From an uncultured Bacilli bacterium (lineage in GTDB: Bacteria > Bacillota_I > Bacilli_A > RF39 > UBA660): DNA of 64,000 nucleotides. Below the pieces are notes generated by a model. That model made no database searches, was not told the DNA's origin, and saw nothing but the letters and a program-made list of their open reading frames with translations. Position 1 is the first letter of the stretch; every line of letters begins with the position of its first letter. Made by a program: the position numbers and the translations under genes. Where the stretch lies: positions 46,592 through 110,591 of the forward strand of contig CAKOSZ010000001.1 in NCBI GenBank assembly GCA_934119955.1, given 5' to 3'. This document shows, piece after piece, positions 49,890-60,010 of the stretch.

Positions 49890-52181
49890 TTAAGTTATTT
49901 TTATTTTCTTTTTGTTATTTAAAATACTATCTATTACTAAGTTATCTATTTTATTCTCTAATATAGTATTAATATTTCTAGCACCATATAAATTATAATT
50001 AGATAGTTCTATTATTTTATTTACAAAGTTTTTATCTATATTAATAGTTATATCTTGTTGTTTTAATCTTTTTCTTATTTCTAATATATTTTTATTTATA
50101 ATATCTTTTATATTATCTCTTGTTAATTCATTAAATTGAATTATATGAGTTATTCTATTAATAAATTCTATTTTTAAAACATTTTTTAGTTTATCAAGTA
50201 TTACTTTATCTTGACTTTGATTAAATCCAATTGTATTTATATTAGAAGTAATATTACTTGTAAAAATAATAATTGCATGTTTAAAATATATTTTATCATT
50301 TTTACTATCTGTAATAAAACCTTCATCTAAAATTTGTAAAAATAAATCAATAAAAGCATTGCTAGATTTTTCTATTTCATCTATTAGTATTACTGAAAAA
50401 GGATTATTTTTAACACTTTCTAAAATACTATTATGAGAATCATATCCAACATATCCAGGTGGTGAACCTATTAATTTACTAATAGCATGACTTTCTTTAT
50501 ATTCACTTGCATCTATCCTAATTAATTCCATTTTCATATACTTGGCATATTGTTTTACAAGTTCAGTCTTTCCTATTCCAGATTTACCCGTAAATAAAAA
50601 TGATATTGGTTTTTGATTATTCTTTAAACCTAGTTTTATTTTCTTAGTTTCATTTACTAATATACTAATAGCATTATCTTGACCAATTATTTCTTTTTTT
50701 AAATTATTTTCTAAATTCTTTAATTCTTTTAAATTACTTAAATTATTTTCATAAACTGGTATATTAACTTTATTTTTAATTACTTCATTTATATCATTTA
50801 TACTTACTTCTTTTTTAGAATAATTAGTTTTATCAAGTTCTAAATTATTTAATTTATTCTCTAAAACTAATTCTTGTTTTTTATAATAAGAAGCATTTAA
50901 AAAATCTTGTCTTAATAAATATTTATTTTTTTCTTGTTTAATAAATTCTAATTCTTGTTCCATGTTTTCTTGTTTTTTCGTATTTTTATCTTTTTTAAGT
51001 TTTCTTAATATACAAACTTCATCTAAAATATCAATTGATTTATCTGGATTTTTTCTATTTAAAATATATTTATCACATAAATTAATAATTGTATCAATTG
51101 CCTGATCTTTAATAATTACTTGATGAAATCTTTCATAGATTGGTTTTAATTTTAATAATATTTCTTTGGTTTCTTCCTTTGAAGGTTCTTTTATTAAAAT
51201 TGTTTGAAAACGCCTTGCTAAGGCTTTATCTTTTTCAATTGAGTTTTTATATTCTATAATAGTAGTTGCTCCAATTAATTTTAATTTACCACGTGCAAGA
51301 GCTGGTTTAAATATATTAGATGCATCTATTGCTCCTTCGGCTCCCCCTGCTCCTACTAAGGAATGAACTTCATCTATAAAAAGAATAATATCAGGATTAT
51401 TTTCTAATTCTTTAATTATTTTATTAACTTTTTCTTCGAATTCACCTCTGTATTTAGTACCAGCAACTAAACTAGCCAGTGATAAAGACATGATTTTTTT
51501 ATTTAATAATTGGCTTGGAACACTTTTGTTACTTATTTTTAAAGCCAGTCCTTCTACAACTGCTGTTTTTCCTACCCCTGCTTCACCTATTAATAAAGGA
51601 TTATTCTTTGTTCTTCTTAAAAGTATTTCTATCATTCTATTAATTTCTTTATCTCTTCCTATTACAGGATCTATTTTATTCTCACTTGCAAGTTTTACTA
51701 AATCTGTTGCAAATTCATTTATTAATAACTTTTTATTACTTTTGTATTTAGAATTATCATCTTTATTTAAAAACTCTAAATACATATCATCTATATCAAT
51801 TTCTAAATTATTTAAAATTCTAATTGCAACCCCTTCTCCTTCATCTAAAAGAGATAAAAATAAATCATTTATATTAACACTTTCCCTACCTTCTTCTCTT
51901 GTATCAAGAATTGCATTTTCAATTATTCTTTTAAATAAAGGAGTATAAATAAAATAAGAATTTAAACTATTACCATAACCAATTATATTTAATAATTCTT
52001 CTTTAAAATTATCATAGAAAATATTATAATCATTTAATTTCTTAGTTAATTCTAAATCTTTATTGCTTAAAATACTTAACATTAAATGTTCTGTTCCAAC
52101 AAATGGGTGTTTTAACTTCTGCATTTCAATTTTAGCATTTTTTAAGACTTTGGTACAAACTTCATCAAATTTTTGAAACAT
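49890..52181 (-). CDS. ATP-dependent Clp protease ATP-binding subunit (ClpC/ClpE-like, two AAA+ domains)
   Basis: Clp_N repeats, D1 (VIGRDKEINRMIEILLRRTKNNPLLIGEAGVGKTAVVEGLA...LFIDEVHSLVGAGGAEGAIDASNIFKPALARG), D2 (FLFTGKSGIGKTELVK...ILIDEIEK). 763 aa. Confidence 0.85.
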   Translation of the reverse strand: MFQKFDEVCTKVLKNAKIEMQKLKHPFVGTEHLMLSILSNKDLELTKKLNDYNIFYDNFKEELLNIIGYGNSLNSYFIYTPLFKRIIENAILDTREEGRESVNINDLFLSLLDEGEGVAIRILNNLEIDIDDMYLEFLNKDDNSKYKSNKKLLINEFATDLVKLASENKIDPVIGRDKEINRMIEILLRRTKNNPLLIGEAGVGKTAVVEGLALKISNKSVPSQLLNKKIMSLSLASLVAGTKYRGEFEEKVNKIIKELENNPDIILFIDEVHSLVGAGGAEGAIDASNIFKPALARGKLKLIGATTIIEYKNSIEKDKALARRFQTILIKEPSKEETKEILLKLKPIYERFHQVIIKDQAIDTIINLCDKYILNRKNPDKSIDILDEVCILRKLKKDKNTKKQENMEQELEFIKQEKNKYLLRQDFLNASYYKKQELVLENKLNNLELDKTNYSKKEVSINDINEVIKNKVNIPVYENNLSNLKELKNLENNLKKEIIGQDNAISILVNETKKIKLGLKNNQKPISFLFTGKSGIGKTELVKQYAKYMKMELIRIDASEYKESHAISKLIGSPPGYVGYDSHNSILESVKNNPFSVILIDEIEKSSNAFIDLFLQILDEGFITDSKNDKIYFKHAIIIFTSNITSNINTIGFNQSQDKVILDKLKNVLKIEFINRITHIIQFNELTRDNIKDIINKNILEIRKRLKQQDITINIDKNFVNKIIELSNYNLYGARNINTILENKIDNLVIDSILNNKKKIKIT

Positions 52182-52244
52182 AGTATTCCTCCATATAATA
52201 ATATATGTTTTTTTTAAACTTTTACTATTTTTTTAAACGACATT

Positions 52245-52775
52245 TTATTTAATATTTTTTATTCCATATATTTCATTTATAGGATCAAAAAAGAAAGGAG
52301 TTTTAACTGGGTTATAAGTTAAATAACCAAGTATTCCTGTAATAACTATTATTATTACTAAACTTATACTATTTATTAAATAATTATGTTTTCTTTTGCT
52401 AATTAAGTAAAAAATAATATTACCTACTATTAAAGTAATTAAATAAATAGTCATGGTTAAAATTAAGTTTTCTCCATATCTATTATAAATAGGTAAATAA
52501 ATAAGAAAGAATAAAGATATTGTTACTATTACTCCTGTTAATAAACCTAAAATATAATTACTAAATTTAATATTTTTAAGTTTCAAGACTAATAAAGTTA
52601 TTAAACTAATAATAATTTCACTTGTAAACATTAGTTTTAAATGTTCAAATAAACTTTCATTTACAGGAAATAAAAAGGAAGTTAAAAAATTAGGAAATAA
52701 ATTATATATATTGTGAAATAAAAATAAAGATAAAAAAATAATAATCGTGTTTATAAATAAAATTTTTTTATTCAT
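52245..52775 (-). CDS. Polytopic membrane protein of unknown function
   Basis: About 5 TM helices. Conserved-looking NESLFEHLKL segment in the first loop. Confidence 0.4.
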   Translation of the reverse strand: MNKKILFINTIIIFLSLFLFHNIYNLFPNFLTSFLFPVNESLFEHLKLMFTSEIIISLITLLVLKLKNIKFSNYILGLLTGVIVTISLFFLIYLPIYNRYGENLILTMTIYLITLIVGNIIFYLISKRKHNYLINSISLVIIIVITGILGYLTYNPVKTPFFFDPINEIYGIKNIK

Positions 52776-52817
52776 TGTATCACCATTATTATTTTAGTAA
52801 ATTATTTTAAATTTATA

Positions 52818-54086
52818 CTATAATTCTTTTAAGCAAAAACTTGCATAAACAGGAATATATCTAATGTTTTTCTTTTTAGCAAAGTTATCTTCGGTTAATC
52901 TAATTGGATTTGCTACACTAAACTTTGAAGTAAATAGAGATAAGGCTTTGGCTTTGGTTAAATTCATATTAAGTATTTCTATTGGTATTATTTCACCCAT
53001 TCTATTTTGAATTATAAAGTTTATTTCTGATTTACCATCTGATTGATAATAATATAAACTATAACCCATATTTATTAAAGTATTACTAACATTATTTTCT
53101 ATTAAAGTTCTTCTAATATCATTATCTGTTAAGAACTTCATTTTATTTAAATGTAACATAGTATAAAGTATTCCAACATCATTTGGATATAGTTTAAAAC
53201 TTTCTATATCTTTATAACTACTTAAAGGACTTTTAATATCATTTAATTTAAAACTTCTATGAATTAAACTATTTACACCTAGAAATTGAATACTTGCTTC
53301 ATAGTCTTTACTACGACTTCCTTTTTTAATATTTCCGTATTGGAATTTTTTATTCTCTTTTAATAATTGAAAAGGAATACTATTTAATACTTCATTAGTT
53401 CTTGGTATATCTATTAAATTTCTAGCATATATCGTTTCTGATTTAATTAAATCAATTATTTTTTGTTTTATACTTTCTATTATTAAATAATCTTTTTTAT
53501 TAATATAAGAATCTACTACCTCAGGATATCCCCCAGTTATTAAAAAATCATTATATAGGTCAAGTGCCATTTGATGAAAAGGCATTGGTATATTTTTAGT
53601 ATATGATTCTTTGATAAAATCAACCAATTGCTTTTTACCAGTATTTACCAAAAATTCTTCAAAATCCATTGGATACATTGCTTTAAAATGTAATTCTTCT
53701 CCTTTAAATTTAGTTAAATATTCTTTTTTAGATGTTATCATGATTATATGATATTGATTATTTTCATTACCAAATAATTTAATTGCTTTAACTATATAAT
53801 TATTTTCAACATTATCTAAAATAATTAAAGTATCTTGTTTAAAAATAGTTTCTCCTGATAATACTGATAATTTTAAAATAATTTTATCTGGTATTTTTTC
53901 TCTTTTTAAAATATCTAATAAATCTAAATTATTAGTTGTATTGAAGTAAACAATATTTTTATAACATTTTTTTCCAAAGTCTATGACAGAATAAGTTTTA
54001 CCTACTTGTTTAGAACCATATACAAGTAATGGTTTATAAGCATCTTTTTTCCATCTTAATAAGTCATTATAAATCTTTCGTTCCAT
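52818..54086 (-). CDS. AAA family ATPase (AAA_14 plus DUF4143 type)
   Basis: N-terminus RKIYNDLLRWKKDAYKPLLVYGSKQVGKTYSV is the stereotyped start of this widespread ATPase family. Confidence 0.75.
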   Translation of the reverse strand: MERKIYNDLLRWKKDAYKPLLVYGSKQVGKTYSVIDFGKKCYKNIVYFNTTNNLDLLDILKREKIPDKIILKLSVLSGETIFKQDTLIILDNVENNYIVKAIKLFGNENNQYHIIMITSKKEYLTKFKGEELHFKAMYPMDFEEFLVNTGKKQLVDFIKESYTKNIPMPFHQMALDLYNDFLITGGYPEVVDSYINKKDYLIIESIKQKIIDLIKSETIYARNLIDIPRTNEVLNSIPFQLLKENKKFQYGNIKKGSRSKDYEASIQFLGVNSLIHRSFKLNDIKSPLSSYKDIESFKLYPNDVGILYTMLHLNKMKFLTDNDIRRTLIENNVSNTLINMGYSLYYYQSDGKSEINFIIQNRMGEIIPIEILNMNLTKAKALSLFTSKFSVANPIRLTEDNFAKKKNIRYIPVYASFCLKEL

Positions 54087-54192
54087 AAATCGTTACCTCC
54101 CTACATTTATTATAATTAAAGTATATATCTTTTTTTAATTAAAGTCAATTGTTATTTACTGATGAATGTGTTATTATAATAAAGAGGTAGCT

Positions 54193-54969
54193 ATGAATTT
54201 ATTAATAATATTTTTATCAATTTTGCCAATTTATTTAATTGGACTTTATTATTATAAGAAAGATACAATAAAAGAACCTAAGAGTTTATTGAAAAAATTA
54301 TTTTTTAGTGGTATTTTAGCCGGGATTGTTGTTGTTGTTATCTCTTTGATAAGTTTTATTTTTTTTCCAAGATTAATGAATAGTGATGAATTAAATAGTT
54401 TTGAACTACTTGTTTATTGTTTTATCTTTGTAGCCTTTGTTGAAGAAGTAACTAAATGGTTTATGATATATAAGATATCATATGATCAAGAGTATTTTGA
54501 TCAATACTTTGATATAATTTTGTATAGTGTTTTTGTAGGACTTGGATTTGCTTGTTTTGAAAATATAATTTATGTTTCAACAAGTAGTCAAGCCTTACAA
54601 ACTGCTCTTTTAAGAAGTATAACAGCTATTCCAGGACATGCTTGTTTTCAAACTATAATGGGTTATTTTTTAGGTAATTGTAAATTTAATTTAAATGGTT
54701 CTTTTAAGAAAAATTTAACTCTTAGTATAATAGTTCCTACTATTTTACATGGAATATATGATTATTTGTTGTTATCTAATAATTTATTATTTTTACTTAT
54801 TTATTTTATATTTATAATCATTTTATTTGTTGTAACAGTTAAAAAAATAAAACAATCTATTAAATATGATAAAGAAAGAATTAATTATAATATTTGTCCT
54901 CGTTGTAATACTTATATTAAATTTAATTATTGTCCAACTTGTGGGTATAAAAAAACTAGTAGTGAGTAA
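54193..54969 (+). CDS. PrsW family intramembrane metalloprotease with C-terminal zinc ribbon
   Basis: VEEVTKW (EExxK), GFACFENIIY, PGHACF and HGIYDY motifs. C-terminal CPRCN...CPTCG. GAGGT RBS before this ATG. Confidence 0.7.
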   Translation: MNLLIIFLSILPIYLIGLYYYKKDTIKEPKSLLKKLFFSGILAGIVVVVISLISFIFFPRLMNSDELNSFELLVYCFIFVAFVEEVTKWFMIYKISYDQEYFDQYFDIILYSVFVGLGFACFENIIYVSTSSQALQTALLRSITAIPGHACFQTIMGYFLGNCKFNLNGSFKKNLTLSIIVPTILHGIYDYLLLSNNLLFLLIYFIFIIILFVVTVKKIKQSIKYDKERINYNICPRCNTYIKFNYCPTCGYKKTSSE

Positions 54970-54984
54970 ATCACTATTAGTTTT

Positions 54985-56364
54985 TTAGTATTCACAGTTA
55001 CCAGGAGTTCTTGGATAAGGAATTACATCACGAATATTTTCAACACCAGTTAGATATATTAATAATCTTTCAAATCCCATTCCAAAACCTGAATGAGGAC
55101 AACCTCCAAATTTTCTTAAATTTAAATACCATTCCATTGATGAAGCATCCATTTTTAATTCTTCCATACGTCTAACTAATTTATCATAGTCTTCTTCTCT
55201 TTGAGAACCACCCATTAATTCTCCTGCACCTGGTACTTCTAAATCAACCGCTGCAACAGTTTCTTGATCAGGATTTAATTTCATATAAAAGGCTTTAATA
55301 TCTTTTGGCCAATCAGTTATAAATACAGGTCCATTAAAGTATTCTGTTATATATTTTTCATGTTCCTTGGCAATATCCTCACCATATTCTGGTTTAAATT
55401 CCCAATCTACCTTGGCCTCTTTTAAAATAGAAATTACATCATGATGAGTTATTCTTGTAAAGTGACTAGTTAATAGTTTATTTAATTTTTCAAGTAAACC
55501 TTTTTCAACAAAACTATCAAAGAAATTCATTTCGTCTTTACAATTATCAAGGACATATTTAACAACATATTTAAGCATATCTTCCATGATATCCATATCA
55601 CCTGCAAGATCACAAAAAGCAATTTCAGGTTCAATCATCCAAAATTCACTTGCATGAGTTTTGGTATTAGAATTCTCTGCTCTAAATGTTGGACCAAAAG
55701 TATAAACTTTTTTGTAAGCAAGAGCAAATGTTTCAGCTTCAAGTTGACCTGATACGGTAAGAGCTGTTGTTTTACCAAAGAAATCTTTTGAATAATCAAC
55801 AGTTCCTGATTTAGCAACTCTATTTAAATCAAGAGTTGTAACTTGAAACATTTGACCTGCACCTTCACAATCACTTGCTGTAATTAATGGAGCATGAAAA
55901 TATACATATCCTTTTTCTTGAAAATATTTATGAATTGCATAAGCAGCCACACTTCTAACACGAAAAACTGCATTAAACAAATTAGTTCTAGGTCTTAAAT
56001 AGGCTTGCTCTCTTAAAAATTCTCTTGTATGTCTTTTAGGTTGAATTGGATATTCATCAGGACACTCACCAATTACTTTAATATTATTAACTTTAATTTC
56101 AAAGTCTTGTCCACTTCCTTGGGATTTAATAACCACTCCTTCAACTTCTAAACTAGATCCAACTTTTATCTTAGTAATATCTTCAAAATCACTTAAATTA
56201 TTATCATAAACAAGTTGAATAGTTTTAAAACAAGTTCCATCACTAAAATCAATAAAACCAAATTCTTTTTGTTTACGATGATTTCTAACCCAACCATCTA
56301 TTACTACTTTCTCTCCCATATACTTTTCTAAATCCATTACGATATCTTTTACATCTATTTTCAT
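54985..56364 (-). CDS. asnS: Asparagine--tRNA ligase
   Basis: N-terminal OB-fold (VVIDGWVRNHRKQK), class II motifs (FRAE, GGSQRE, GFGMGFERL). Confidence 0.95.
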   Translation of the reverse strand: MKIDVKDIVMDLEKYMGEKVVIDGWVRNHRKQKEFGFIDFSDGTCFKTIQLVYDNNLSDFEDITKIKVGSSLEVEGVVIKSQGSGQDFEIKVNNIKVIGECPDEYPIQPKRHTREFLREQAYLRPRTNLFNAVFRVRSVAAYAIHKYFQEKGYVYFHAPLITASDCEGAGQMFQVTTLDLNRVAKSGTVDYSKDFFGKTTALTVSGQLEAETFALAYKKVYTFGPTFRAENSNTKTHASEFWMIEPEIAFCDLAGDMDIMEDMLKYVVKYVLDNCKDEMNFFDSFVEKGLLEKLNKLLTSHFTRITHHDVISILKEAKVDWEFKPEYGEDIAKEHEKYITEYFNGPVFITDWPKDIKAFYMKLNPDQETVAAVDLEVPGAGELMGGSQREEDYDKLVRRMEELKMDASSMEWYLNLRKFGGCPHSGFGMGFERLLIYLTGVENIRDVIPYPRTPGNCEY

Positions 56365-56615
56365 ATATCCTCCTTTAAAATAAAAGCACTGATTAAAAGA
56401 GGCGACTAATCACGGTACCACTCTTCTTATCAGTGCTTGATATCTCTTCTTGATAACGGTTATAAACCGATATTTTCTACTAAATTCAAAAATATACTCC
56501 ACAGTGTTATTCTTATATTCTTCCTGTTAATTTTCACCAACCATTAACTCTCTAAATGTAACTAAATATAATACTTCTCTGTATCATCGCTTTGATTAGT
56601 TATATTATATAACCT
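56365..56615 (-). promoter_or_regulatory. T-box riboswitch leader of asnS
   Basis: Minus-strand RNA has AGAGAGUUAAUGGUUGGUGAAAA stem I start, T-box AGAGUGGUACCGUGAUUAG, and terminator inverted repeat AAGCACUGAU...AUCAGUGCUUUU followed by a U-run. Confidence 0.7.
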
Positions 56616-56692
56616 TGTTTTCATAAATGTCAATAACTTTATAATAAAAATATACAAATTTATTATACCCATTTATTAATTTTTTATAAATA

Positions 56693-57783
56693 TAATTAAC
56701 TTTTTTTAAAAATGTGAACAAGTTTCACATTTTAGTTTTCTCAAACCCTTATAGAATAAGACTTTTAAAAAATAAAAAAATTTTTTTCTAACATTTACTA
56801 ATCTTTTATATTATATTTGGGAGGTAAATATGAGAAAAAATTATAAAACTTAAATATTTTTATTATTAAAATTACTTATTAGAAAGGAGCAAAAAATGAA
56901 GAATAAGAAAATTTTACAAGTAAGATATGATAAGTTATTTCACGATTTATTTAATGAAAATGATATGAGTTTACTAGAATGGGCCTCATCTCAAATACTT
57001 GAATGTGATGTAAAAGAGATTAAAGGAAAAGTCAGTGTTTTAAATATTAGACTACCAAGAATTAATGAAAATGAAAGAGTAAAATATGTTGATTTAGTAG
57101 TTGTTTATAAAAATCAAAAAATAATAATAGAACTTAATAATAATTATCAAGGTTTTTATCTAAGAAATGTTTTATATGCCTTGAATACTTTATCTAATTA
57201 TTATAATTTTGATAAAGATAATTACTATGATAAAGGAAATTTTTATAAAGTAATACTAGTTAATCTTAATTGGTATAAAACTAAAAATCTTAGTAAAAAA
57301 GTTCCTTCTAAAAAAATAATTACATATGATTATCCAATGGATGATATCTTAAAAGAACTATATAATGTTGATTATCTTATTAAAATAATTAACATTAATC
57401 TTGATTATTATGAAAAATTAGGTTATGATAATCTTGATAATTATGATAAATTATATAAATTACTAACTGTTGATACAGAAGATAAATTAAAAAAGTTTTC
57501 TAAATATGAAGAGTTAAATTATTATAGTAAAAAGTTATATAATTTATCTAATGATAATAAATATTTGGAGGAAATCATGACTGAGGATATGGAAAGAAAT
57601 TTAAGAGCCGAGGAAAACTATTTGGCCGGATTAACTGATGGGAAACTTGAAGGAAAAAATGAAACTCAAACTCTTATTGTTAAAAATTTATTAAAAAATT
57701 CTATTCCTGATGATATTATTATAAACTCAACTAATATATCTTATGAAAAATTAGAAAATATCAAGAAAGAATTAAATAATTAG
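56693..57783. repeat. Right arm of ~1.15 kb inverted repeat (partner at 20056..21232)
   Basis: Reverse complement of the left arm, including the leader with palindrome AATGTGAACAAGTTTCACATT and the 7-codon mini uORF. Confidence 0.8.
56896..57783 (+). CDS. Rpn family recombination-promoting nuclease / PD-(D/E)XK nuclease-family putative transposase (copy 2, no repeat expansion)
   Basis: Residues 1-251 are identical to the 20056-21027 product. C-terminus ...ETQTLIVKNLLKNSIPDDIIINSTNISYEKLENIKKELNN. Confidence 0.6.
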   Translation: MKNKKILQVRYDKLFHDLFNENDMSLLEWASSQILECDVKEIKGKVSVLNIRLPRINENERVKYVDLVVVYKNQKIIIELNNNYQGFYLRNVLYALNTLSNYYNFDKDNYYDKGNFYKVILVNLNWYKTKNLSKKVPSKKIITYDYPMDDILKELYNVDYLIKIININLDYYEKLGYDNLDNYDKLYKLLTVDTEDKLKKFSKYEELNYYSKKLYNLSNDNKYLEEIMTEDMERNLRAEENYLAGLTDGKLEGKNETQTLIVKNLLKNSIPDDIIINSTNISYEKLENIKKELNN

Positions 57784-57799
57784 TAAAAAAATACTAAAA

Positions 57800-57829
57800 A
57801 TATAAAAATGCAGTTTTTAAATTGCATTT
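57800..57829. terminator. Bidirectional terminator between Rpn copy 2 and truA
   Basis: AAAATGCA-N10-TGCATTTT palindrome flanked by A-runs and T-runs. Confidence 0.55.
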
Positions 57830-57846
57830 TTTAATAGTTAAACTTT

Positions 57847-58581
57847 TTAATATTTATAAATTACATCTTTTAAATACAGTCCTTCGGGGTGACTTGTTCT
57901 AAATCCGTTACTTCTATTTTTACTATCAAGTATTTTTTTTACATCATCGATTTCTTTTTTATTAAGTCCTACTTGAATTAATAAGCCAACCATATTTCTT
58001 ATTTGATATTTAATAAAACCATTTCCTCTAAATGTAAACGTTAAAATATCATTTTTTTCATTAATATCAATACTTCTAATTTCTCTTATATAATTATTTC
58101 TAATATCTTTATTTGGAGTAAATGCTTTAAAATCATGAGTTCCAATTAAATATTTTGAACCTTCTATCATTTTATTAAGATCTAGTTTTTTATTAAATTG
58201 ATAAACATAGTTTCTTTCAATAGGATTATACTCCCCCATATTTAATTTATATTCATATACTTTTTCATAAACCATATATCTTGCATGAAAATTATCATCA
58301 ACTACCTTAGTACTAATTACATGAATATCACTTGGAAGTAAACTATTCATTGCACATTTTAATTTATACTCAGTTATATTAACTGAAATATCAGCATGAC
58401 ACACCTGCTTTATTGCATGTACTCCTTTATCAGTTCTTCCACTTGCAACTATTTTAGTTTCTTTATTATTAATAAATTTTAAAACATTTTCCATTTCACC
58501 TTGAACTGTCCTTAAATTATCTTGCTTAGAGAATCCATTAAAATTAGAACCATCATATGAAAAAGTAATTAAAAAACGCAT
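57847..58581 (-). CDS. truA: tRNA pseudouridine(38-40) synthase
   Basis: FSYDGSNFNGFSKQ and ASGRTDKGVHA catalytic-Asp motif. Confidence 0.9.
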   Translation of the reverse strand: MRFLITFSYDGSNFNGFSKQDNLRTVQGEMENVLKFINNKETKIVASGRTDKGVHAIKQVCHADISVNITEYKLKCAMNSLLPSDIHVISTKVVDDNFHARYMVYEKVYEYKLNMGEYNPIERNYVYQFNKKLDLNKMIEGSKYLIGTHDFKAFTPNKDIRNNYIREIRSIDINEKNDILTFTFRGNGFIKYQIRNMVGLLIQVGLNKKEIDDVKKILDSKNRSNGFRTSHPEGLYLKDVIYKY

Positions 58582-58584
58582 ATA

Positions 58585-59253
58585 CTACCTCACTAATAAA
58601 CTTAATATCAGTATTATAACATGAATAACTAGATATAACAAATTAATATAATCTAGTTTAAATTTAAAATTTACTTGATTTTTATAAAATCTTAAATAAT
58701 TCATATAAACATATTCTTCTAATTTATCACTTGCTAAATTATCTAAATTATCTTTAACTAAACCCTGTAAATCTGATCCATCTTCTATCTTATTTTCACT
58801 TAAATAATTATTTATTTCACTTAAATAAATTTCTTTAAATTTACTTATTTTCTTTTTTCTTAATTCTTTAAAAGTATATTTACCATGTTTTAATTTAAAA
58901 TATTTAATTTTTTTATTTTTAATTTCTTTTATAACTATTAATAAATAACTTAAAAAGAAAGATGTTTTAACTAAAATTAATAATATATTTTTTATATCAA
59001 TTATATTTAAATTTAAACTTATAAATATAAAACCAAGTAATAATATACCTGAAATATCTGTCATGAATTGAATACTTTTATTTCTTGAATGATAGAAAAG
59101 TTCATATATTAAAATATAAATTAAAATTAATAAATAAATATTTTTAACAACAATAAGCGTTATTGATAAAAGAATAAGTGTTATTAAAAGAGTAATACTA
59201 TTTAAATTAGTTAAAGTAATATTATCATGTAGTTTTTTTATTTTCCCAAACAT
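58585..59253 (-). CDS. Putative ECF transporter T component (divergent, short)
   Basis: Polytopic membrane protein in the conserved ecfA-ecfA'-ecfT-truA position. Sequence is highly diverged. Confidence 0.35.
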   Translation of the reverse strand: MFGKIKKLHDNITLTNLNSITLLITLILLSITLIVVKNIYLLILIYILIYELFYHSRNKSIQFMTDISGILLLGFIFISLNLNIIDIKNILLILVKTSFFLSYLLIVIKEIKNKKIKYFKLKHGKYTFKELRKKKISKFKEIYLSEINNYLSENKIEDGSDLQGLVKDNLDNLASDKLEEYVYMNYLRFYKNQVNFKFKLDYINLLYLVIHVIILILSLLVR

Positions 59254-60010
59254 TTTTATACACTTCCTTTATTAAGTCTTTTATATCTTTATAATTTTTT
59301 AATTTTATATTATAATTCCTTGCTTTATTTGAAAATGAAACTAAATCTGGTAATTCTATGTTATTATTATTTAAAAATTCTTTATCATTAAAAACAATAT
59401 TTGTTTTATCATTTATTACCATTTTATTATCTTTAAATATTATTAAATAATCTGTTAATTCATATAAAATATTTATATCATTTGAAATAATTATAATAGT
59501 TTTTTTATATTTTCTTTTTAAATCTAATAAAATATTTTTAATTAATAATTTATTATTTTTATCTAAATCATTACTAAGTTCTAAAATAATTATATCAGGA
59601 TCTATTATTAAATTAAGAGATAAATTAAGTAAATAAGTTTCACTTGTTGATAAATTCTTTATTTCTTTGTTTAAATATGTATTATCAAGTCCTACTAAGG
59701 ATAAAATAGATTCTATTTTAGATAGATATGAATTACTACCTATTTTAAGTTTGCTAAGTTGTAAGTAGAATTCATCTTTTACATATTTAGTTAAATATAA
59801 TTTATCAAGTTTAACATAACTAATTAAATTTAAATTATATTGATTTATATCTAAATCATTTATTAAAATAGTTCCTGTATAATTTTTATTTTTTAAAATT
59901 ATATCTGGTAATAAATTATTGTTTAAAATACCAGTTATTTTACTTGCTTTAATTAAAATATTTAAATTATTAAATTCTTCTGTATTTATATTTAAAAGTT
60001 TTATTTCCAT
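59225..60010 (-). CDS. Degenerate ABC ATPase-like protein (EcfA2 position), probably non-catalytic
   Basis: ABC fold length and LSTSETYLL (LSGGQ-like) / IIILELSNDLD (Walker B-like) remnants. No intact Walker A. Confidence 0.4.
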   Translation of the reverse strand: MEIKLLNINTEEFNNLNILIKASKITGILNNNLLPDIILKNKNYTGTILINDLDINQYNLNLISYVKLDKLYLTKYVKDEFYLQLSKLKIGSNSYLSKIESILSLVGLDNTYLNKEIKNLSTSETYLLNLSLNLIIDPDIIILELSNDLDKNNKLLIKNILLDLKRKYKKTIIIISNDINILYELTDYLIIFKDNKMVINDKTNIVFNDKEFLNNNNIELPDLVSFSNKARNYNIKLKNYKDIKDLIKEVYKNVWENKKTT

